A DNA stretch of 63,940 nt, counting the filler, from Collodictyon triciliatum (lineage: Eukaryota): NCBI GenBank assembly GCA_043381765.1. It is 11 parts of 11 records of this genome, joined end to end, with 100 filler letters (N's around TTAATTAATTAA, not from the genome) between each part and the next. Parts side by side here need not be neighbours in the genome. Positions count along the whole stretch, not along the records: positions 48,813 to 54,807 come from JBHJMP010004781.1; positions 54,908 to 58,987 come from JBHJMP010004782.1; positions 59,088 to 63,940 come from JBHJMP010004793.1; 8 more parts are not named here. One strand, written 5' to 3'. Each line of letters starts with the position of its first letter. Positions within the stretch are counted from its first letter, which is position 1. Positions 49,713-63,940 of the stretch are shown here, one piece after another. The translations under genes were made by a program, and so were the position numbers. The notes beneath the pieces were generated by a model. The model made no database searches. It was not told the origin of the DNA and was given only the letters and a program-made list of their open reading frames with translations.

Positions 49713-52700
49713 TCAAGAGGAGGGGATGTTGATAGTGGTTGGCTTGCGGAGATTGAGAGAGTCGTCTTCTAGAGCTATTTCGCGTATCAAAGAGTATATG
49801 GTGTTCTCAAAGATGTTTTCTAGTATTCCCGTAAAGATTGGGTCTCTCAAGAGCGGCCGAGCAGATGCAGTATTTTTCGTTTCTTTGGTGCTTGTCGTTT
49901 CTGGCACTACCGAAGAACCTGGTAACTGCTCGGATTTCTCGAGAACTGCGTGCCTCTGGCTCGCATCTTCATATTGCGAAAGCTGGGTGTTTTTCTCAGA
50001 GCTTCTGTCCAACAACTGTGATGGTGTGCGTATGCGCACGTAGTAAGGGACTGGTTCGTCGGGTAGATTATCATATGTCTCCTCGATGCTTGGGTCGTTC
50101 ACTCCTTCCATCACCAACTCCGAGATGATATCAGTTATCATGGACTTCAATGAACTCCCGCCAACCTGCGAGTAATTACATTGATGTTGATTGTTTTTTT
50201 TATATATATTAGTGTTTTATTGTCATCTTATTCTCATTTTAGTGATTAAAATACACAACACATCGCATATAGCCTACCTGTATGAGTTGTTTGACATCAA
50301 GTTGGGGCGGCTGACTTTTCCCTTGCGGAATGAGGGGCCCAGGTATTGACAAAGGAGAAAAGAACCCCGAATAGTCCGAGTGCAGCTGTTTGTACATCGA
50401 GACTGTCAGCGCGACAGCTCGTAAGCGCAGATGCAAAGGGTAGTTGTGACTGTTGATTTGGTATCTTTTCGAGCCGCTTTCGTCAGCAACTTCGGCTACG
50501 GGTGATGGAAAACTTCTCGAATACACTACAGCATCCTGCCCTAATGCAGATTCCATCGCAGTGCGGTTCATGCTCGATTTTCCGCTTGCTTTGGACTCAC
50601 TCATGAATGTACGGTTCAAAAATGATTTTGTGGTTCGAGTAGTCACAGATTGATGCTTCCGAGGAGACAATCCGGTCTTCATGTTCCCTCGGGATGCATA
50701 TGGTCTTTCAATCGACTGTGCAAGCAAAACTTCACCAACAGGCTCCGCTGAGTTTGGCCGGGTCATTATCTGCATATGACAACCACACACACCACAAGTG
50801 TTAAATATCGCAATCAAGTGAAATAAATATATGTATATATACTTAGGAAGCTAACATTCGATGGTAAGAAGTGAGATGAAAGTTAATATGAAACCTTCTT
50901 GGCCTCTCCAAGTGTACAAATGATATCGAAATCGTGCACTGAAGGAATAGGCCCAGGTTTGTATGTCACTGACAAGATAACGGACTGGTCAGGCATTAGC
51001 AAGCCGGATGGTGGAGAAATGCTGAGAACTATATCACGTTTTATTCGTTTTAGAAAACATAGCACTATCCAGCTGGAATTTTTACACGAACGATTTAAAG
51101 GAGAAAAAAGAAAGGATACTTTGAGCCATGGTCGGATTTGATATATCCCAATGGAAGAATATCTCTTGTTCAGATGTGTTTTTGATGGATAATATTTCAC
51201 GTTTCACACAGTTAATTGGGACATAAGCAAAATCGAAAATTTCCTTTGAAAGACATGCAATTTGTTTCGTAGACTGATATTTTTGTGACTTTGGAATTGT
51301 TGATTCTGGTAACTTTGGTGCATCGACATTTATCTATTATCAATATAAAGTCTAAAAATGCGCCTTTTTTTTTTTTGAAATTTTTTTGATTTCCTTCGAA
51401 TAACACGCTATGCGATGCGAACACACGACTCAAAATTCAGTGCAGTATAATACTAATAATAATACAGAGGAAGTGTGTGGTGATATAAGATACTTACATC
51501 TTTACTAGCGAGATGCCCTTGTCCCTTGACACAAATTGAATGAGTTTCGCCTGCGCTTGTCTCAATATCCAGCTGTACCTCGTATGTTTTTTCTTCGAGA
51601 GGCTGAAAAATAAAGGGAATCAAGAATCGGCTTCCACCAGCGATATCGCCTTTTACAACATCGCATTTGATAACGTCGCAATTCATATTTTCGGACTTCA
51701 ACTATATTTTCAAAAATAAAAATGAGAATCATATTCTCTGATATATTTTATTTGAAAACGGGTGACATATTATAGTTCAATTCATTTTCTTCAGAAGATG
51801 CAGTAAACAAAAACCTTTTCTAACGGAGCTGGATCAATTTTAAAACTAATAGGGCCTGGGCCGGCATTGTAGAGCTCGTAATACTGAACAGGATACACAT
51901 CACCCCCAATCGGCATGGGCACCATGTTCAAAATGGGCTCGCATATGTGCAAATACGGGTCTTCGTTACGTAAGGTCCGACAGATGAACGTGACAGCCAT
52001 TTTTTTCCCTAAAGTTTTACACAAGAGACCCAATAAGTTGTCAGGCACCAATCAAATGTGAAAATATGTATGGAATGGCTAGTCAATAAACGAGGTCTGT
52101 CTAGTTTACGGTTCACTTCATGAGATAATAATCACCGTTCGAAAACTCGACTAGAACAGGGAGTTCGTGTAGTCCAACCAGAATTGGGGTGTATGTCACG
52201 GTTACCGGAACTGTTTCTCCATGGTTTAAAGTCCCTGTCTGCATGAATGTTTGGGGGGGGGGGATTTTCACTTATAATCACATTTTTATGGTTTGTCAAG
52301 CTGATAGATGAAGTCATAAAAATATATAAAAGACAAGGAGCTTCAACAAATCATTAAATCATGTAATTTTTTTATAATAAAAAAAGAAGAAAATATTCGA
52401 TTTGTGTAGAGCGTGTATTTCCTAAAAATGAGAGAATTTCTTCGACTACTTACTTTGTGAGACAATGCAAATATGTTATGGTCCAGAATAGTGGCGATAG
52501 CAACTTCACTCTCCGAAAGAATACCGTTTTCAGCCCATCTTTCCACGTCCACCTATCATAATAAAGCTTCGTTATGTATTCTTTATTTCTTCCTTTTTTT
52601 TTTATTCTCCCTCACCTTTTGAGAAGGAAAAGAATCCGTTTCGATTTATCATTCAAATTTTGAGCAATTCAAAAGCACATATATAGACTCAAACATTCAA

Positions 52701-54562
52701 CAACGACTGCCATTATTAAAAAAATAAATGAAAATGGCTTTTATCCATCAATATATAATAAAAGTTAATTCTTCAAAAAGAAAATACATAGCGCGGGGTA
52801 TTATAGATACCTCATATTCGTTTGGAAACTTCATTCTCCAGGTAACGGGAAGGCCTTGTGTATTTTCAAGCAGAAAAGTGGTGTCACATGGCTCACCTCT
52901 ATGTAATGGATTGGCAAGTTGTGATTGGCGATTTAAAAAGATTGAGGGTTAAATCTATGGCTGCTGCATCTTGAGAGTAGTGATATAACTGGTGTACCCA
53001 TATTCGATGGCCCCAAAGTCAAGTTTGAAGGTCCTGCTAAATATGTCTACGTTGGAACCTGAATCTGACATTTCTTCGGCAGCAGGGTCGGTCCCAAACT
53101 CAGCATTTAGCCCCTCGATATTGAGCTGTCTCCACAACTGATGTGTGCTCAAATATGAGGAGCGAACATCGACTATCTGCAAACTCGGGAAGGCACCCGT
53201 CCCAGACACATCACAAGAGGGCAAATTTTGGGCTTTTTGTCCCTCTGTTTCTTCAGGCTTTGTGTTTTCTTCATCAACCCCACCGAGCCTCAGGCGACAC
53301 TCAAGTTTGGTGGTGCAAAGACTGTGTTCCACTGGGCAAAAGATGATGGTCACCACCTTGGATGTTCTTGGTGGTAATTCTCCTGCACTCGGCTCCACCC
53401 GGATGGGCGGCTTTCCTGGTCTTCTTGAGTGAATACCTAGGAGAAAGAGACAGATTGAAAGATAACATTAGAAAGAGAGAAAGAAAAAGGCTACTTAAGA
53501 ATGAAACATGGACTTAGCTCAATCAAAAATACTAAATTTTGGTGTCATTTCGATTCAACTTTTCCTCTCCGACAGAAAATTTCAATAGGCTCAATCCATA
53601 TTACATAAAATTTATGGACCTTGTTTTCCCAAAAGTTGGATGCTTGATTCACGGAATGATAAGGAGTAATTAAGTGTGCAGTTATTATTGTTTGTGAGAG
53701 TAAGCTCTTTCTTTGCTTTCGACCCAACCAGGACTGTGGAAAAATCGACGAATGAAGGAGACATTGTAACTGTTGCTTCCAGTCCTTCTCCCATGACCGT
53801 AAGATAAGAAATGTCTTCATGAATAAGTTCCTTGGCTCCAGAATCTTTTTTAGGAACAGTACAAGTGTTATTTATATGCAGGATAAATAAAAAAATGTCA
53901 ACTCAATTTGATCGAGAGACTATACTAAAAATACATTAGAATGGTATTCATGGTAGTAGTAGTAATATTAAATATATAAATGCGACAAATTAGGAACATA
54001 TAGGTGACTGTGTTCTTTAAAGTTTCAGAATATACCATGTTTAGTCGATATGTGACACGGTACAACAAACTTATATCGTTTGGCTTTTTGAGGCCTGAAT
54101 GTCCAATTCACAACAGTTGACTGATTTTCTCTCAGGCATCCGGTCAAAGGACTTACGCCCAATAGCTCGGAGTACTTCTCTGGTATGCGCCACTGGTATA
54201 ATAAATACCGTATGTGTTGATTTTAATAATTTTTCTTTATTCGATTCAAACTACGTTGTTTTTTAGATAAAAAAATCCAATATGATGTTGCTATTATTAT
54301 TATTAACAAGGAATACTCTATTCAAAAAAATGGAGAGATATGCATAATATTCATTTAATTAACGCTCTACCTCAAAATCAACAGGGATACGCGATGGGTT
54401 TCGCAAAGAAAAAGGGCGAATTGAGTGCAAGTCTACTAGTGTGGGCTTCAAATTCAATGTGCCATCATTCTCAAATAGTAATTTAGGGTAATTTCCAGCT
54501 CCTGACAGATTTATTTCTAAAGTATTTGCAGATGACCCATCCAGGATACATAATTGACGTAA
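49713..54562 (-). CDS. CFAP65: Cilia- and flagella-associated protein 65 (CFAP65/CCDC108-like), 5'-truncated
   Basis: About 13 frame-consistent exons of repeated Ig-like ASH/MSP-type domains: LNLKPTLV..NPSRIPVDFEWRIP, GAFPSLQIVDVRS..QLWRQLNI..LN, VDVERWAE, PVQYYELYN.G, FIFQPLEEKTYEV, ILENIFENTIYSLIREIA. Confidence 0.85.
54231..54250 (-). mobile_element. Family A short retroposed tail copy in a CFAP65 intron
   Basis: Minus strand reads TTTGAATCGAATAAAGAAAA; the flanking repeats are degenerate. Confidence 0.55.
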
Positions 54563-54907
54563 CTAAGAAACATACCCATATTTACTTGAAATTATGCAGT
54601 TTCACGTTTATGTGATATATATAAGCTTATCTAAGAAAAACATGGTGCATGCTTGCATAAAGAAACGGTGATAATGACAATTATGTTGACATTGAGCAGC
54701 AGAAGCACAACATAATGATAATGATAATGATAATGATAATGATAATGATAATGATAATGATAATGATAATGATAATGATAATGATAATGAAAATGAAAAT
54801 GAAAATGNNNNNNNNNNNNNNNNNNNNNNNNNNNNNNNNNNNNNNNNNNNNTTAATTAATTAANNNNNNNNNNNNNNNNNNNNNNNNNNNNNNNNNNNNN
54901 NNNNNNN

Positions 54908-54970
<63 letters not shown>

Positions 54971-55480
54971 CAAATAACGATAACAAATAACAATAACAAA
55001 TAACAAATAACAAATAACAAATAACAAATAACAAATAACAAATAACAAATAACAAAACAAAGAGACAAGCAAATGACATATCTTGCATTGGGTGTTGAGA
55101 AAGCTTGCAGAGAGGGCCACGCACAGCAGGAGAAGAATAGACAGCGTCATTTTAGGGCAGCCTCACTTCTCTTTGGGACGCGTTTCCCTTCAAGGCTCCT
55201 TTGATGTTTTGAGCAACCGTGTCGCTATCACAACTCTTATAAAGGCACATAGCTGGAAGAAACAACCGAAAACAGCGAGATACTCTGATAAACTCTGTTC
55301 TTGTTTTTGTTTTTGTTTTTGAATCTCTGTTCATGGGACGCTCAAAACAGCAAAAGCTCTCTGTCGTGGTTTACAAAAGATAGGAAGGAGCGAATGAATA
55401 TGCTGGGTGTCGTTCATACATCCTTTTAGTTCTTTATATTCATTCCTTAACTCTTCACATGCTTTCTCGCACAGGTGACT

Positions 55481-56289
55481 ATGAACTCAACATTGGCTCC
55501 AATATTCCCTCCGGTTGATTTCCCGGCCTCATTGGAGGTCTTTTCTGTTCCTCCCTGCGACCTGAACGGTGACCCAACACCGAATCCGAGTGCGTTTGAG
55601 GCCCACCAGTTTGGCTTGGCCTTGCATTCGCCTTTTCGAAAGGTTGCGCCGTTTATGCAACATTCCCTGCAGCAGCGCCAACGGAGGAGAAAGCTCAGTG
55701 ACGTCTTCAGAGCAAGGCAGCCGCAACAGGAGAGCCCTCTACCCTTGAGAGTAGACGAATCCCTCCTGGACATTGAGACGGTTTTCCAGCTTCATGCCTG
55801 CTATATGGTGATTATACATTGAGCAAAAATCGAACGAGCCCCAGAGCTTCACCATATTCTCCTTAAATGTTTGAAACAAAAATCGACCTACTTTCTCTAA
55901 CAGTATTATTCAACTATCATATTAATCTCGTAACCCATTAATGACAAAGACACTATCACATCAGACCACTAACATAATAATATTTAGATCTTGTGATTGC
56001 CTTTCCACGTTTTTATTGTTATGAAGTTTTCTTATTTGAAAATAACCATCGATTTTTCTTCTTATTTATGAAACGAAACTAGGCTCATCGTTTTCAAGAA
56101 GCATGGCTTAGGGTTCAATCAGATATGATCAAGCCGAATATCTTGCTAATGGGCCTTACTGGAGCAGGAAAGAGTTCCATAGTCAACGCCATTTTTGGAT
56201 TGAAAATGGCCGAGGTATTACGTGTTTCAGAGAAATGACATAATACTATTTTAAAGTCAAGAATTTATGATGTTTTAAGTGAATCATAA

Positions 56290-56338
<49 letters not shown>

Positions 56339-58486
56339 TTTCTATCAATTCTAAATCGACTTAAGGAAAGGTATCTTTTACCAACACTTAAGAAGAATTA
56401 AACATTTTCTCTCATACATTTTTTTCAAGAGGCGCATGCTTATAATTGCGCACATATTGAAAGAGAGTAAGTAGGAAAAGTTGAAAATATTCAGTCTCGC
56501 CTATTTAAGATACTTAAATATCAATTGAAAAGGTTGGAAACGGAGCACCAATTACACAACATTATACAAAGATTGAGCTTCCGAGCCATCCAGTCAATTT
56601 GGTAGACTCTAAAGGGCTAGAGCATGGTGAGCACCATAACTTTATTCAGTCTACAAAAAAGTTCTTATCAGAAACAAATGACCAAGCGAATCCCGTAAGA
56701 TATTTATATATGCATTTTACATACGTATTTGAATAAGTTTTGCATTCATTTTTAATTTTTTTTTTCACAAAATCGAATAAATATATTGACATCTGAACGG
56801 AATATAATTCATATAAACCGTTATCAATTCGAATCGAATAAAGGAAATATATAAAACTGTTATGTACATCCTTAGGCCGATAGGGTGCATGTTATATGGT
56901 ACATTATAAATACAGCGATGGGACGATTCCAGGACTTTGAAAGGGACTTATGTTGCAACGTACTGAAAGGTGTACATATCAATATTTACTGTATAATGTT
57001 ATTCCTCCAAGTTACATATCAGTTTCCTCCTATCTATGAAAATTTAATCAATCGATTTGTCAAACAAAAAATTATAAATAGAATTTCCGATACTATTTAT
57101 CATGAACAAATCTGATATCAGCACCGAAGAGGCCCGAGCTAAAATTAAATTCATTATTCATGATATGAACATGAGCCATTGTATTGGAATTTTAGAGACA
57201 GTGGCACAAAAGTCAGTCATTTGATGTTTATATATGTGTATGAATACGTGTGGCGATTCTCTCCAAAAGATTAGACCATTCCTTCATTTACCCTCTAGTT
57301 GTACAATAGATATTCATTTATAAAATCCATGAATTAGCATAATATTTGAATATTGCTATAACAACCAGTCAATCAAATGTGACTTGCAACATTGAATCTT
57401 GTTCTCAATGCGGGTCTGACGATTTGACGATAAAGTCGAAACAAATGTTGTGTGTTTGTGAGGAATGTGGAAATCAAGTAAGTTCCTTTCCTTCATATGT
57501 ATATTAATATACCTAGGCGACCTGAAATGTTGCGAATATACTACCATACATTTTTATGGCGCATTTTTCTATTGGTCAGTTAAATTTCTTCCATTTTAAA
57601 TCATTGATGTAGATATCATACGGGTGTAAAAGCGGGTTGGAATCTGCTATACAAACAACTCTCGACCACCGACACATCTATGCTAGAGATGCATTCACAG
57701 CCGCGCAGGGGATATCATTTTCGATGCGAACTGAGCGGACTATCGTAATATTTGTTTGCATTACATGTATCTAATTTCTCGCCTATGGTACAGTTGTCTC
57801 TTCCATGAAATTATTTTGAAGCGGGTTTGCTACCTCCATCTCGATACAATATTTAGCACATGAGTGACATTTCTCTAACCAGGCTGCAATTCGAGAATAT
57901 CACCAAAATACCAGCTCAATTCGTCACCCAACGGCTCTAAAAGAGAAATTCAGTCGCTTACTCGCCCATATATCTCACCTATGGGGCTTCCATAAGCACA
58001 GTAGTTTATACTCCCATATTGTCTCAGAAGAATTTACAAATGGACTTCCATTCACAGAGAGATTGCTTTTGTTATTTTCGAGGTAATTTTTTTTCTTTCT
58101 GTAAAAAGTATTATCTTCCCAACTAAAACCTGTGCATATTTTCCTCTATACTTTTGCCTCTCAGATTTTTTTCTCGCGATTCTGTTGAACATTAGCTAAA
58201 ATCCCATTATAAATCAAATCAAATCAAATCAAATCAAATCATATACAGAAACGAGGATTTGCTGACACAGACCGTTGCGATTGGAATACTCTGGGGGAAA
58301 GGACTGCGAGATTTGACGGCTTGTCTATCCAGTAATTATGCGCTCTCAGACAAGCCACCAGAGGATGTCTATGAGCACTGGGACGAAGTCAGACAGGTAG
58401 TTTTCCAAGAATTTACAGCCACGAGATTGACCGAGATATCAGACATATTCCAAAAAAACGGAATCAAAGCGGCATTCGAATCGTAG
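55481..58486 (+). CDS. Bacterial-like P-loop GTPase (Era/YcjF/DUF697-associated type) with inserted zinc ribbon, 9 exons
   Basis: PNILLMGLTGAGKSSIVNAIFG (G1), GAPITQ (G2), DSKGLE (G3), VHVIWYII, MNKSD (G4), CSQC..CEEC, then GLESAIQTT..DAFTAAQ. Confidence 0.85.
56811..56863 (+). mobile_element. Family A short retroposed insertion with degenerate 14/15-bp direct repeats
   Basis: ATATAAACCGTTAT [CAATTCGAATCGAATAAAGGAAAT] ATATAAAACTGTTAT. Confidence 0.65.
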
Positions 58487-58607
58487 ACCGAAGCACAAGT
58501 TTCATAGCCAGCCGTCTATTTTTTTTTCAACAACAGCTCTCAGCTCGCATGACAAAACAAAGCGAATCCAAGCAAAAAAAAAAAAAAAAAAAAAACCCAC
58601 GAAAAGA

Positions 58608-58689
<82 letters not shown>

Positions 58690-59228
58690 ACCGTACAATT
58701 TAATAGATTTCCCTTACGTGTTCGATGATGAGTTCAATCATTTGAATGATGAGAAAACCAAATAATTCGATCATAAATCCATACGAAAGATATACCCCAG
58801 CGCCGCCACCGTTTAATCCCTCTCGCATCGCCGCCACCCACCCGTTTTTAGTTATCTCAAAATTCCCCACAGCACATCTCAGGAGAGAAAATAATTTCCA
58901 CATATATACATATTTTGAACCGATCTCTGAATTGCGCGGGTGGGCTTTGGCCGGCTCGCAAGTCTCGAGCCACGACAGACGAGAATCNNNNNNNNNNNNN
59001 NNNNNNNNNNNNNNNNNNNNNNNNNNNNNNNTTAATTAATTAANNNNNNNNNNNNNNNNNNNNNNNNNNNNNNNNNNNNNNNNNNNNAAACCCGAAAGTT
59101 TTATAAAAACCCAAAGATCAGATTTTTTTTTTTTTGCTTTTCTTCTTTTTTTATTTTTTTTTTTTCCTCCCCCCCCCCCCCCCCCCCCCCCCTCTTTATT
59201 TTCTTTTCTTTTCTTCATAAATCTTTAC

Positions 59229-63512
<4,284 letters not shown>

Positions 63513-63940
63513 TGGTACCTGAATGACCATAGATGCAAGAATAAGAAAAAAAAATTCGTTCTTGTCATGGAGTTTTATGGACAAGAGGACAGCTTTACTT
63601 ACTTCTAGCTGTACAAGTTAATGATTTACAGTAATCTTTCAGTAATCTTTTTCAAGTCCTCTTCACCATGGATTTTTTTTATTTCTTTCATTTTTTTTTT
63701 CCACTTTTCATATGTCCAACCATATCCTTTTCCTTTATCTCCATGTCAATTTTAATCTTTTTTTTTCTTTTTTTTCTTCTTTTTTCTTCTTTTCTTCTTT
63801 TCTTCTTTTCTTCTTTTTTCTTCTTTTCTTCTTTTGTCTTCTTTTCTTTTTTTCTTTTTTTCTTTTTTTTTCTTCTTTTCTTCTTTTTCTTCTTTCTTCT
63901 TTTGTCTTCTTTTCTTCTTTTGTCTTCTTTTCTTTTTTTT

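Overview
This is eukaryotic DNA from an intron-dense, microsatellite-rich organism with flagella (CFAP65) and a mitochondrion or related organelle (PAM16); most likely a protist, but I cannot name it. The window is not one locus. It is 11 unrelated short scaffolds (mostly about 6 kb) joined by an artificial 100-nt spacer (44 N + TTAATTAATTAA + 44 N), so gene order across spacers means nothing. Manual splicing recovers: a PAK/STE20 kinase, PAM16, a DUF2207-like protein, a CARMIL-like PH-LRR protein, a CH-CH-DUF4062 fusion, an intronless multi-pass membrane protein, a 1,900-aa disordered protein, a WD40/coiled-coil/SAM protein, a probable VDAC first exon, cofactor-independent phosphoglycerate mutase, a Patched/NPC1-like 3' end, the CFAP65 3' part, a bacterial-type GTPase with a zinc-ribbon insert, a YhcR/ExeM-like secreted nuclease, and two decayed LINE fragments. 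The most striking unexplained signal is a dispersed family of 19-27-nt poly(A)-tailed insertions (core AATCGAATAAA) flanked by 14-20-bp direct repeats on several scaffolds. Also notable are an apparent GT-AA intron in iPGM, GC-AG introns, and a U12-like donor. All family assignments are by eye from motifs; no database search was run.
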